35,705 nucleotides of DNA from Candidatus Woesearchaeota archaeon (GTDB taxonomy: Archaea; Nanobdellota; Nanobdellia; Woesearchaeales; GW2011-AR4): contig JACPMQ010000032.1 of the NCBI GenBank assembly GCA_016185955.1, positions 1 to 35,705 on the forward strand, given 5' to 3'. Position numbers and translations under genes: made by a program. A model generated the notes under the pieces. It saw nothing but the letters and a program-made list of their open reading frames with translations, ran no database searches and was not told the origin of the DNA. Positions 1 to 8,798 of this stretch are shown here, piece after piece. Every line of letters starts with the position of its first letter. Position 1 is the stretch's first letter.

Positions 1-196
1 ACTTGACAGTTATTGATTGGCTGCTTCCGCATACCACATCAGTATAGTTTATTGTTCTTGAGCCGTCAGCATCAACCGAGCCGTTTAAAATACTGTTGCT
101 ATAGAGTTTAACATCTGTTAAGGGATTGTTTTTGGTGTCTGTGACTATTGTTAACATGATTCTGTTAAAATTTTTGGGTAATTTTTTAATCGCCAT
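1..196 (-). CDS. hypothetical protein, N-terminal fragment (continues past left edge)
   Basis: ATG at 196 opens a minus-strand frame with no stop down to position 1 (MAIKKLPKNFNRIMLTIVTDTKNNPLTDVKLYSNSILNGSVDADGS...). It starts 2 nt after the stop of ORF 198-503, so it looks like the next gene of the same operon. It is absent from the ORF track because it is truncated. Confidence 0.35.
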   Translation of the reverse strand, partial: MAIKKLPKNFNRIMLTIVTDTKNNPLTDVKLYSNSILNGSVDADGSRTINYTDVVCGSSQSITVK

Positions 197-197
197 T

Positions 198-503
198 TTA
201 TATATCCTTATATTGAAATGGATTTAAGTCTAATAATAATAACCAAATTAAATAAACAACAATAGCTAAATAGACTGCGATAAAAATAAGTAATAGGGTA
301 TTGTAAATTATTTTATTTTTCTTGAAATGGTGCGTTAATAATCCAAATGCCCCACTAATAATCCCTACAACTAAAAGTTGTGTTAAAAGCATGTCCATAA
401 ATCTAATACGTTTAATTAAGATAGATTCTAGGATTATAATTAATAAGTATGGGATAACCCCAATAAAACTAAATTTCATAAATTTTTTTAGATATTCTTT
501 CAT
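198..503 (-). CDS. small integral membrane protein (about 3 TM helices), unknown function
   Basis: ORF track 101 aa with three long hydrophobic segments. GAGGTGA Shine-Dalgarno-like site just upstream of ATG 503. Abuts ORF 504-932. Confidence 0.55.
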   Translation of the reverse strand: MKEYLKKFMKFSFIGVIPYLLIIILESILIKRIRFMDMLLTQLLVVGIISGAFGLLTHHFKKNKIIYNTLLLIFIAVYLAIVVYLIWLLLLDLNPFQYKDI

Positions 504-932
504 TTAGTTCACCTCACTAATAAAATGTCTAATGCTGTCTCTAGTTTCTAAGTTATCTGGTAAGCTTTCTTGTTCATTTGTGCTTGTATGATAAACATCC
601 CTAATCCTTTGAATTTGTCTATGAATTTTTGAAACATTAACAGAATTATCTAGACCTTCAGAGTCTTCCACCGAGACTATTCCGTCACTATTTCCTATAA
701 CATTTTCTCTAAACCTAAGTGTACCATAAATCATTAAGAAATTATTTAGGGTAACACCTGTTCCAACTTGGCTCCAATTCGAGCCTAATGCTCCTCCTAC
801 AGAGCCTTCAAAAGTCAAATTTCCGTCAAGAATCGTAACTCCATTTATTTTTGTCAAGGGAAATGTAAAAGAATAAGCAGAAGGCATGACTAATAAAAAC
901 AATGCAAACATCCAGATAAGTGTGTTTTTCAT
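504..932 (-). CDS. secreted hypothetical protein (N-terminal signal peptide)
   Basis: MKNTLIWMFALFLLVMPSAYS signal-like N-terminus. Strong GGAGGTG 5 nt upstream of ATG 932. 4-nt overlap with the upstream gene. Confidence 0.6.
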   Translation of the reverse strand: MKNTLIWMFALFLLVMPSAYSFTFPLTKINGVTILDGNLTFEGSVGGALGSNWSQVGTGVTLNNFLMIYGTLRFRENVIGNSDGIVSVEDSEGLDNSVNVSKIHRQIQRIRDVYHTSTNEQESLPDNLETRDSIRHFISEVN

Positions 933-1537
933 TCTCCCACCTCCTTTAAAGCCAGGCTTGGCAAATGAAATGTTGGGTCATTTTGAACAAAGTCTTTTCT
1001 TGATGCTTTGTAAAGAATCTCTGTCTTATCTTGGCAGAACAAGAATTTCTGGCATGACTTGCCGCTATCACAGCCATTAAATATGCCATTGCGCGCGCTT
1101 CCGCCTTTTAAAGTGCCGCATGTAATTGCCAAACAATTGTTTTCAGTGGAATTAACACAAACACCCCAGCTTGAGAAGTCAATTTCTTTTTTCTCTATTG
1201 CAGAGCCTTGATTAATTGAAACAACAAATTTATTTAATGGGCTGCATTCTGTCATGTTCTTTTTAATAAAAACTTCTTCGGTTACGCATGTAAAATTACG
1301 CTGAATTTGGTTTAAAGAACAATCTGTGGATGCGCCAGAGGTATTTAAGCAGCTTGTATAGTTGTAGTAATCAATACAATTTCCAAATATTTGCTTCATT
1401 TCGTCATAAAAAATAATATTGCATGCTTTAGGCTCTTCAACAGTTATTGCATCGCTCACTTGAGAAATCTGGCTTGCTGCAGTCAATGCAAGCAAAGTGA
1501 TTGATAGGGCTATAACTAAAATTTTAATTATTTTCAC
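929..1537 (-). CDS. cysteine-rich secreted protein, unknown function
   Basis: The ORF track frame 929-1639 actually begins with GTG. An internal GTG at 1537 is preceded by GAGGTG at 6-nt spacing and gives a clean signal peptide (VKIIKILVIALSITLLALTAASQ). The mature part is rich in Cys. The longer 1639 start remains possible. Confidence 0.55.
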   Translation of the reverse strand: MKIIKILVIALSITLLALTAASQISQVSDAITVEEPKACNIIFYDEMKQIFGNCIDYYNYTSCLNTSGASTDCSLNQIQRNFTCVTEEVFIKKNMTECSPLNKFVVSINQGSAIEKKEIDFSSWGVCVNSTENNCLAITCGTLKGGSARNGIFNGCDSGKSCQKFLFCQDKTEILYKASRKDFVQNDPTFHLPSLALKEVGE

Positions 1538-1758
1538 AGAAAACACCTCTTTTTTATTATTATGGACTAAAATACTAGAATTTGATTTAAGAATGCTATT
1601 ATAATTTAAATCTCTTTTTTTTTTTGATATTGCCTGCACCCCAACAGCTATAGAAAGGGTGAATTCTTATTTAAACTTTCTTGTTTTTTACAGCTTGCAA
1701 AATTTTTTAAGCTAACAACACAAGAACATTTATAAATATCTTTGCATCATTTAGCTTT

Positions 1759-2064
1759 ATGGCATTTTCAAAATCATTTCCAAAACAAAGCAAAACAAGC
1801 GCTTATCCGCAATGGGAGGAAATAACCCTCACTAATGAAGAGGAAAGGCAAGAAGAGGGAAAGGCAAGAAGCGAGAATATAAGGCTGTTTAAAGAATGCA
1901 TTGAAGATGCAAGAAGCATTATGAAAGAAAAAGGGCTTAAGGATTATCAAACTGATTTAGTAAATATTGCAACAGCTCTTTTTGAAAAAAGGGCTTCCCA
2001 TGTTGTTTATTGGAAGGAAAGCAAAGCCAAAGAGAAGTTTGATGAGATGTTCAGCAAGCAGTAA
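1759..2064 (+). CDS. small charged hypothetical protein
   Basis: 101-aa ORF. tttataaata TATA box at 1729-1738 sits about 25 nt before the ATG (leaderless arrangement). No recognisable motifs. Confidence 0.5.
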   Translation: MAFSKSFPKQSKTSAYPQWEEITLTNEEERQEEGKARSENIRLFKECIEDARSIMKEKGLKDYQTDLVNIATALFEKRASHVVYWKESKAKEKFDEMFSKQ

Positions 2065-2069
2065 TCCTA

Positions 2070-2285
2070 TTACTTTGGCCTTTTATGCCCTGCATGATAC
2101 ATTGCAGCATCTGGGCCATATGTCATTGAAATCATAGAAGCTATAAACATCAATATGAAAAAGATAGTAAAGGCAAAGCCCCATCTTTCATTTCTCGGAA
2201 AAACATATATGGCAGAGATAATAAATCCAACTATGCTAGTAATCATATAGCTTCCTGATAATGGAGCAACATTAAGCATTCTCAT
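2070..2285 (-). CDS. small membrane protein (2 TM), unknown function
   Basis: 71-aa ORF with two hydrophobic helices, convergent with 1759-2064. Confidence 0.4.
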   Translation of the reverse strand: MRMLNVAPLSGSYMITSIVGFIISAIYVFPRNERWGFAFTIFFILMFIASMISMTYGPDAAMYHAGHKRPK

Positions 2286-2328
2286 TCTATCACCCTTTTT
2301 ATTTGCTTTTTATGCCCTTATTTCTGAA

Positions 2329-3417
2329 TTATTTAAACTTAACGAATTTCAGCTTATTGAGATTTTTTCTTGCGTCTTCTATGCCTTTATTAAAATCATT
2401 CATAAATTTTTCCATTTTACTGCATGCAATCTCTTTCAATTCGCCGCTTGTCATTTTTCCAGACTTATAGCTGCTATAGATTTCATTAAGCTCGCTGTCA
2501 TCTTCAACCAAATGCTGCTTCATCAGCTCAAAAACCATATCCTTCTCTATCGCAGCTCCTAACCTTCGGTGCTCTTCTAAAGTATCTCTGCCGCCGCTCA
2601 AGGCATTTTTTATTTTCCTTTTTACTGATTTGATGTCTTCTGGCAGCTCTATGCAGCTTTCCGGCTTGGACTTGCTCATCTTGATTGAGCCATCCAAAGA
2701 TGGAGTGTACTTATGATAAAGCCCCGAAGGCAAAAAGAACTTTTTTTCTTTTGTCCTCCTTACTATGTCCCTTGTTAATCTGATATGAGGATCCTGATCA
2801 ATCCCTACAGGAATAATTCCGGGCTTGATTTCCTTAAATTGCGGATACAAAATGTCTGCTACTTGTGCCATTGCTCCCATTATCCTTCCAGGATCAGCAT
2901 TGCCGTATATAGCTTCAAACTCATTCAGTGTAATTTTTTTTGCAAACTCATAAGCGGCATTCATTACTTCCTTGTTATCTGACTGAAAATAAAAAACTGT
3001 TTTTTCTATATCCAAGCCAAGAGCAACATAAGCGGGAATATGAAAATCTATGGCAATTTTTCTTGCATTCTCCACTGTAATTCCGCGTGTGGAAGCTGCC
3101 TCCAAATCAGCAACAAGAATGTAGGTATCTGCGCCATGCCCCTGAAAATACTTTATGTTCTCAACGACCATCTTAGTGCCAAAATGTATTTTCTCATTGG
3201 AGGGCATTATGCCGCTAAGAACGTAAAATTTCTTCTTCTTTTTGATGCAATCAGAAATAATTTTTAAGTCTCTGCCGGCAAAAACAACATTTCTTCTCAT
3301 TATTCTGTTCGGCTCTGGAAACAATTTGCTGTCAAAAACCTCTAATCCAAAGTCTTTCACGATTTTTCCATAATCCTCCAAAAGCCCAGAGCCCCAAGGG
3401 TCAATTATTTTTTTCAT
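2329..3417 (-). CDS. trpS: tryptophan--tRNA ligase (archaeal/eukaryotic type)
   Basis: DPWGS..DYGKIVKDFG N-terminus, KMSKS loop (IKMSKSKPES), and GIDQDPHIRLTRD and SGGRDTLEEHRRLG blocks that match archaeal/eukaryotic TrpRS. The HIGH position reads HFGT. Confidence 0.9.
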   Translation of the reverse strand: MKKIIDPWGSGLLEDYGKIVKDFGLEVFDSKLFPEPNRIMRRNVVFAGRDLKIISDCIKKKKKFYVLSGIMPSNEKIHFGTKMVVENIKYFQGHGADTYILVADLEAASTRGITVENARKIAIDFHIPAYVALGLDIEKTVFYFQSDNKEVMNAAYEFAKKITLNEFEAIYGNADPGRIMGAMAQVADILYPQFKEIKPGIIPVGIDQDPHIRLTRDIVRRTKEKKFFLPSGLYHKYTPSLDGSIKMSKSKPESCIELPEDIKSVKRKIKNALSGGRDTLEEHRRLGAAIEKDMVFELMKQHLVEDDSELNEIYSSYKSGKMTSGELKEIACSKMEKFMNDFNKGIEDARKNLNKLKFVKFK

Positions 3418-3435
3418 AAACCTCCAATTTTTATT

Positions 3436-4116
3436 TTAGTTTATATATTTTTGCTCGGAAAAGTTAGTTATTGAATCCATTATTCTTTTTATTGCTCCTG
3501 CTTTATTTTTGCTTTTGAAAATAAAAGAGCTTACCACCAAAATATTTGCGCCTGCTTTTACTGCTATTGGAGCTGTCTTATCGTTAATGCCGCCATCCAC
3601 TTCTATGTCCAAATCAGGTTTTAATCTCCTTAATTCCCTTACTTTCTCCATGCAGCTCTCTATAAATTTCTGTCCGGAAAAGCCCGGCTCAACAGTCATA
3701 ATTAACACCATATCAACTTTATCAAGGAATTTTTTTATTTTATCCAAGGGAGTTTTTGGGCTTATTGCAACACAAGGAATTATACCATTTTTTTTAATAA
3801 AATCCAATATTTTTTCCGGATTTTTGCATGCCTCATAATGGATGGTAATATTCTTGATTTTTAATTTTTTGTTTGCATTGATAAATGTTTTAATGTATTC
3901 TTGAGTTGGCTCCTTGACCATTAAATGCATATCTAAAGGGACTTTTGTGCTGAATTTTTTAAGAAGCTCTGCCTGCTGCGTTATATTCGGGACAAACTTA
4001 TTATCCATTATATCAACCTGCAATAAGTCAGAATAATCCTCAATATCTTTTATCTCCTCTTGCAATTTATGCTGATTGGCAGATAAAATTGACGGCACAA
4101 TTTTTATTTTTGGCAT
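3436..4116 (-). CDS. rpe: ribulose-phosphate 3-epimerase
   Basis: VPSILSAN, VDIMDNKFVPNIT, DMHLMV, MTVEPGFSGQKF and EVDGGIN motifs. Start moved from 4155 to ATG 4116 (MPKIKIVPS), which removes the overlap with fibrillarin. Confidence 0.9.
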   Translation of the reverse strand: MPKIKIVPSILSANQHKLQEEIKDIEDYSDLLQVDIMDNKFVPNITQQAELLKKFSTKVPLDMHLMVKEPTQEYIKTFINANKKLKIKNITIHYEACKNPEKILDFIKKNGIIPCVAISPKTPLDKIKKFLDKVDMVLIMTVEPGFSGQKFIESCMEKVRELRRLKPDLDIEVDGGINDKTAPIAVKAGANILVVSSFIFKSKNKAGAIKRIMDSITNFSEQKYIN

Positions 4117-4126
4117 TTTAAATAGA

Positions 4127-4795
4127 TTATTTCTTCTTGCATATAAACATTGCATGGTCTTTTTGGTATGGCTCCAAGTTTTTATAATCTACTATCGTAA
4201 GCTCCTTCTCAATTTTTTCCCTTACTTCTTTAAAGATTACGGATGGCTTTTTTGTGACATCTATGCTTCTTGCCTTTACTGCAATTATTGCATAGCCGTC
4301 TTTTTTTAAAAACGCGTTTATATTTTTTAGGAATATTTCAACTTGATTTTTCTGCGCAATATCCTGGTAGATAACATCAACAATGCTCATTCTTTCAGCA
4401 AGCGCCTTTGTATTATTTGCGTCAGCAAGTATAGCTCCAATATTTTGCCTTCCATTACAATTGAAAATCAGGTCTTTCATTACTCTGGGAGAAATCTCAA
4501 CTGCAAAAACAAAGCCATCTTTATTAGCAATGTCAGAAACATGGCTTGCTGTTGTGCCTGAAGCGCTTCCTAAGTATAAAACAATATGTCCTTTTCTCAA
4601 AAAAATATTAGTGCAATTGTTTAGAATTGCAGCAGCCAGCTTGCTTTTGTAAGGGTTCCATTCCCTGTATTCCGAATTATTCTGCACCGCAAAAATTTCA
4701 TCATAAACTTTTTTGCCTGGATTTAAATTAAGGGTATATAGCTTCCTGCTTGCTTTGTCCTCATAGACTTCGAATATTTTTGATTTGGTTATCAT
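4127..4795 (-). CDS. flpA: fibrillarin-like rRNA/tRNA 2'-O-methyltransferase
   Basis: EYREWNPYKSKLAAAILN, VLYLGSASGTTASHVSDI and VFAVEISPRV signatures. Directly downstream of nop5, as in most archaea. Confidence 0.93.
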   Translation of the reverse strand: MITKSKIFEVYEDKASRKLYTLNLNPGKKVYDEIFAVQNNSEYREWNPYKSKLAAAILNNCTNIFLRKGHIVLYLGSASGTTASHVSDIANKDGFVFAVEISPRVMKDLIFNCNGRQNIGAILADANNTKALAERMSIVDVIYQDIAQKNQVEIFLKNINAFLKKDGYAIIAVKARSIDVTKKPSVIFKEVREKIEKELTIVDYKNLEPYQKDHAMFICKKK

Positions 4796-4831
4796 TTTTA
4801 TTTTTTAATGTGTTTTTTATTGGGCTAATAG

Positions 4832-5785
4832 CTAATAAGGCATATTAAACTTTTCAATCAGATATTTTTTTAGCTTGTCTCCAATGAATTTTCCTTTAAA
4901 GTAATCAACTTTTACTGCTATGCAGAGCTTATCGGCCAATGTTCTGGCAATTTTTCCATGCAATTCTTTCTTTGATTTCTGTATTAATGGATGCTCATGC
5001 AAAAATCCATACTTAGGGGCTAAATTCCTTTTTTTGTTCCTCATGTGCCTGAATAATGCCTTTTCTGCTCCAAGCACCTGTATTGTGGAAGCGGGCATTT
5101 CAGCTATTTTCTTAAGGCTGCCTGCATGGCTTAACAGCTTTGCTGCAATTGATGCGCCTCCAACTTCCATAAAATTCGGGCATGTTTCCTTAAGAATCTC
5201 ACTAAGGTAATTTTCATAATTTAACTTCAGTTGATATAAATTTTTAATCTGCGAGGCTAAAAGCAATATTGTAGAAACGTCTTTTTCTTTAATCTCAGCT
5301 CCCATGGAATCATTTTTGCTTATGTTCCATTCCTTGAGAATCTGCATTTTTGGCTTGTTTATCACCAAAGAAACAAATTTTTCGTGCTCTTCAACAATAT
5401 AAGAGATTTCTGGATTATATAGGGAATACCATTCTCTTAGCCTCTTAACAAGGAGATTAGTAGTTTTGTTTATTTCCTCAATGCAGCTTATTGTTTGTGT
5501 TATCAATTCATCTGAAGCAACTGATTCCCTTATTGAATTTTTAGTAATATCCAAATTTTTTTCGTGGAAGTGCTTAAAGTACTTGCTGCTCTTAAAATGC
5601 AATAATATATCAAAAATATCAGCATCATTTGGAAATTCAGGATTGTGCTTCTGCATTAGTTTTTTTTCGTAAAAGCTTTTGTTTCTATATTGCTGGGCAT
5701 TTTCAAAAATTATGCTGTCAGCAATCTTATGCTTCCCGTCAAATACAAAGCAGCCTATTATGTTTGAAAAAATAAGTTTTGCCAT
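4832..5785 (-). CDS. nop5: C/D box sRNP scaffold protein Nop5 (Nop56/58)
   Basis: Nop domain block GAEKALFRH...PKYGFLHEHPLI. A TATA-like box (rc of 5807-5819) lies about 28 nt upstream of ATG 5785. Confidence 0.9.
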   Translation of the reverse strand: MAKLIFSNIIGCFVFDGKHKIADSIIFENAQQYRNKSFYEKKLMQKHNPEFPNDADIFDILLHFKSSKYFKHFHEKNLDITKNSIRESVASDELITQTISCIEEINKTTNLLVKRLREWYSLYNPEISYIVEEHEKFVSLVINKPKMQILKEWNISKNDSMGAEIKEKDVSTILLLASQIKNLYQLKLNYENYLSEILKETCPNFMEVGGASIAAKLLSHAGSLKKIAEMPASTIQVLGAEKALFRHMRNKKRNLAPKYGFLHEHPLIQKSKKELHGKIARTLADKLCIAVKVDYFKGKFIGDKLKKYLIEKFNMPY

Positions 5786-5863
5786 AAATCAAAAGAAGCA
5801 TGCCTGATTTTTAAATATTTGTTTATCAAAACATATTTATATGCCTCTTTCGTTGTAAATTAT

Positions 5864-7069
5864 ATGCGACATAAAATACTTGTAACAACAACAACGTTTC
5901 CAAGATGGGCAAATGACACCACGCCCAGATTTGTTTATGAGCTTTGCGAAAGGCTTGCCGCTAAATATGGGGTAATTGTTGTTGCTCCTCACGCGCAAGG
6001 CTCCCTAAAAAAAGAAAAAATTGGGAAATTGGACGTCAAGAGATTTGCATATTTTAAGCCTGAAAGCATGCAGAAGCTGTGCTATAACGGAGGCATAATG
6101 CCCAACATGAAAGAAAGCTTTCTGGCAAAAATACAGCTTCCTTCCCTTATATTTTGTGAATTCATTGCGTGCAGAAAAATAATGAAAAGGGAAAATGTGA
6201 GCATGGTGCATGCCCACTGGATATTGCCCCAGGGGTTAGTTGCTGTTTTTCTGAAAAAATTTTTCAAAGTTCCTTTATTGGTTACAGTGCACGGCACTGA
6301 CTTATTCCCGTTAAAAAAAATTTTTTATAGAATGCTTCAGAACTTCGTAATAAAAAATGCGGATTTTGCCACAGTTAACAGCAAAGCTACAGAAAATGAG
6401 CTTTTGCAGAGGTTTCCTGAGCACAGCGCTAAAATAAAAACAATTCCAATGGGCATTGACATAAAAATTTTCAGAAAAATAAAGATAAAAAAGCCGAAAA
6501 AATATTCAAAAAACAAAATACTGCTTTTTGTCGGAAGGTTAAGCGAGCAAAAAGGGCTGCAATATCTCATTGAATCATTAAGTAGCATAGTTAAGCGTTA
6601 TCCGAAAGCGAAGCTTTTGGTAATTGGAGAAGGCGCTTACAAAAAAACGCTTCAAGAGATAGTAAACAAAAAAAAGCTTGGAAAATATGTGGAATTTTTA
6701 GGCGCAATGCCGTCTTCAGAGCTGCCAAAACACTATAATTTTGCCGATGTTTTTATTTTGCCCTCGCTTTCCGCAAAAACAGGCACAGAAGCCCTCGGCT
6801 TGTCCCTTTTAGAGGCTATGTCATGCGGCTGCGCAGTTATAGGAACTGATGTTGGCGGCATAAAATATATAATAAAAAACGGCTACAATGGAATAATTGT
6901 CAGGCAAAAAGACAGCAATGCAATCTCAAATGCAATCATAAAATTATTAGGCAATAAAAAAATGGCAGAAAAATTTGGAAAAAATGCTGCTGAATTTGCA
7001 AGAAAAAACTACTCTTGGGAAAATGCTGCAAAAGAATTTATTAGACTTTATGATAAAATACTAAAATGA
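5864..7069 (+). CDS. glycosyltransferase family 4
   Basis: FVGRLSEQKG and ILPSLS..TGTEALGLSLLEAMSCGCAVIGTDVGG (GT-B/GT4 EX7E region). The track start 5819 is TTG. ATG 5864 (MRHKILVTT) lies about 26 nt after a TATA-like box at 5831-5845. Confidence 0.85.
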   Translation: MRHKILVTTTTFPRWANDTTPRFVYELCERLAAKYGVIVVAPHAQGSLKKEKIGKLDVKRFAYFKPESMQKLCYNGGIMPNMKESFLAKIQLPSLIFCEFIACRKIMKRENVSMVHAHWILPQGLVAVFLKKFFKVPLLVTVHGTDLFPLKKIFYRMLQNFVIKNADFATVNSKATENELLQRFPEHSAKIKTIPMGIDIKIFRKIKIKKPKKYSKNKILLFVGRLSEQKGLQYLIESLSSIVKRYPKAKLLVIGEGAYKKTLQEIVNKKKLGKYVEFLGAMPSSELPKHYNFADVFILPSLSAKTGTEALGLSLLEAMSCGCAVIGTDVGGIKYIIKNGYNGIIVRQKDSNAISNAIIKLLGNKKMAEKFGKNAAEFARKNYSWENAAKEFIRLYDKILK

Positions 7070-8175
7070 AAATTTCCTTAAGGCTAAAGCTGCTGCTGTA
7101 TAAATTTTTTTCCGGTAATTTTGGAAAAAAGCTGCTGAAGGCTATTTCCTTTGGCGTTAAAGTTAAAAATTTAGGCTCTAATTTTAATCCCAAGAATGCA
7201 AAAAAAAGGAAATTTTTTGTGGTTATAACAGTTGACACTGAATCTGGCTATGTGAATAGCGATGAAAGAAGAGTATGGCAGAAAGAAAATCCCAACGCGT
7301 TTGTTGGGTATTATTATGGCATTGCAAACTTATTAAAAATTCTTAGCAAGCATAATGCAAAGGCAACATTTTTTCTTTCAACGCAATGTTTTTCAGCCAA
7401 AAGCTTGGAATACGAAAAAATAAGGAATGCGATAATTAATGCCGCAAATAATGGGCATGAAATAGGATTGCACTTGCATCCTGACTCTGATTTTGCAATA
7501 CAAAAAAAATTATTTAAAAAATTTAATGCAACAAGCGCATTTTTTTATAGCTATAAGGAAAAACACGAAATAATAAAATCAGCCAGAGAAATAATAAAAG
7601 AGCATCTTGGAAAGAATGCAGAAAAAAAACTTATAAGCTTCAGGTGGGGCAATTGGGCTTTGGATACGGAAGGGGCAAAAGCGCTGCAAAAGCTTGATTT
7701 TAAGATTGACAGCTCTGCAACTCCGGGAATTAAAGGGCATTTAAATGATGGAATGAAATATGACTGGAGTAAGGTAAAATATCATTACCCATGGAAGCTA
7801 AGCATAACCGATTACAGAGCAATAAATCATAATAATTCTGGCATAATTGAAATGCCAATTGCAACCTTTAGTTTCTTTGGCTTGAATTTAAGGGCTGACC
7901 CATTGTATTCTGTTTTGCTCAAAAAAGCATTTATGGAATATTACCTCAAGGCAGACAGAGCAAAAAAAGCCTTTCCGTTTGTTGTAATAACTCATAGCTC
8001 AGAAGCAACTTATAAAGACGGCAATATTGCGCAAACATTAAAAGATTTGGAAGATTTCATTATTTTTGCAAAAAAATTTGAGGATGTAAGATTTGTTAGC
8101 TTAAGGGAGGCTTATAATCAAAATTTCCGCCAATCTTTAATTGGCGGAAATGCATTAACCGCAACCACAAAATAA
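7066..8175 (+). CDS. polysaccharide deacetylase-like hydrolase (tentative)
   Basis: FVVITVDTESGY and GHEIGLHLHPD pattern is reminiscent of CE4-like deacetylases. ATGA start/stop overlap with the GT4 gene. The last ~19 codons run through a palindromic repeat. Confidence 0.5.
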   Translation: MKISLRLKLLLYKFFSGNFGKKLLKAISFGVKVKNLGSNFNPKNAKKRKFFVVITVDTESGYVNSDERRVWQKENPNAFVGYYYGIANLLKILSKHNAKATFFLSTQCFSAKSLEYEKIRNAIINAANNGHEIGLHLHPDSDFAIQKKLFKKFNATSAFFYSYKEKHEIIKSAREIIKEHLGKNAEKKLISFRWGNWALDTEGAKALQKLDFKIDSSATPGIKGHLNDGMKYDWSKVKYHYPWKLSITDYRAINHNNSGIIEMPIATFSFFGLNLRADPLYSVLLKKAFMEYYLKADRAKKAFPFVVITHSSEATYKDGNIAQTLKDLEDFIIFAKKFEDVRFVSLREAYNQNFRQSLIGGNALTATTK

Positions 8176-8798
8176 TATGTCGGCCATCTTTTTGTAATGT
8201 CTAAAAAATCAAGCAAGCTGAAAATCTGCGCAGCGACATAAAAAGGATAAAACAAAACAACTGAAAAAAATTTCGCAATTCCCTTCAAATATTTTGGAGC
8301 TATCAAAGGCAATCCCTTGATTAATGAATGGATTAAGACTGTAGGAAGATTAAAAATTCCTCCAATTGCTTTAATGTCTTTTATTATAAAGCCGCTTAAT
8401 ATTTCTCTCAAGCCATACTCGGTAAAGCGGTATTTGTCATAAGGAGCATCATGTATCGGATAAATAAATGGAAGAACAAGCACAAATTTCCCATTATGCT
8501 TTAAAACCCTCTTTATCTCATTTATTGATGCAAAGGGATTCTTAAAGTAATAAAATGAATTAATGCTTATAATTTTGTCAAATGAGTTATTTTTGAAAGG
8601 AAGCTTATCTGCATCGCCAACAGCATGCGTTATTTTTGTCTTAACTTTGTCAAAGCATATTATTTTGCCTTTAATATTCTTATGGTAGTTTGGATTGTTG
8701 CCGCAGCCCAAATCAAGAATTTTGTCGTGCTTATTGATAAAAATATTAGTGATATGCCCTTTTATTTTTTTTGATATTATAAAAAATTCGAAAATCAT
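8118..8798 (-). CDS. class I SAM-dependent methyltransferase with hydrophobic C-terminal tail
   Basis: ILDLGCGNNP motif I, DKIISINSFYY, and a C-terminal hydrophobic region. The 3' end overlaps the convergent gene by 58 nt across hairpin 8123-8151. Confidence 0.75.
   Translation of the reverse strand: MIFEFFIISKKIKGHITNIFINKHDKILDLGCGNNPNYHKNIKGKIICFDKVKTKITHAVGDADKLPFKNNSFDKIISINSFYYFKNPFASINEIKRVLKHNGKFVLVLPFIYPIHDAPYDKYRFTEYGLREILSGFIIKDIKAIGGIFNLPTVLIHSLIKGLPLIAPKYLKGIAKFFSVVLFYPFYVAAQIFSLLDFLDITKRWPTYYFVVAVNAFPPIKDWRKF
8123..8151. terminator. perfect 12-bp hairpin of the (a)attccgccaa family between/within convergent gene ends
   Basis: atttccgccaat-cttta-attggcggaaat. Lies inside the 58-nt overlap of ORFs 7066-8175 (+) and 8118-8798 (-). 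Confidence 0.55.

Noticed and set aside
1538-1639. 34-codon N-terminal extension of the Cys-rich protein (track start at 1639)
   Set aside because: The 1639 codon is GTG, not ATG. The extension is Lys/Asn/Ser-rich, contains an 11-nt homopolymer and precedes the signal peptide. The internal GTG at 1537 has a well-spaced GAGGTG. I kept it as an alternative, not as the preferred model.
8118-8175. The 58-nt convergent overlap as evidence of a frameshifted or pseudogenised gene
   Set aside because: Both ORFs are full length with intact motifs upstream. The overlap coincides exactly with a palindromic repeat, which explains open frames on both strands without invoking a frameshift.
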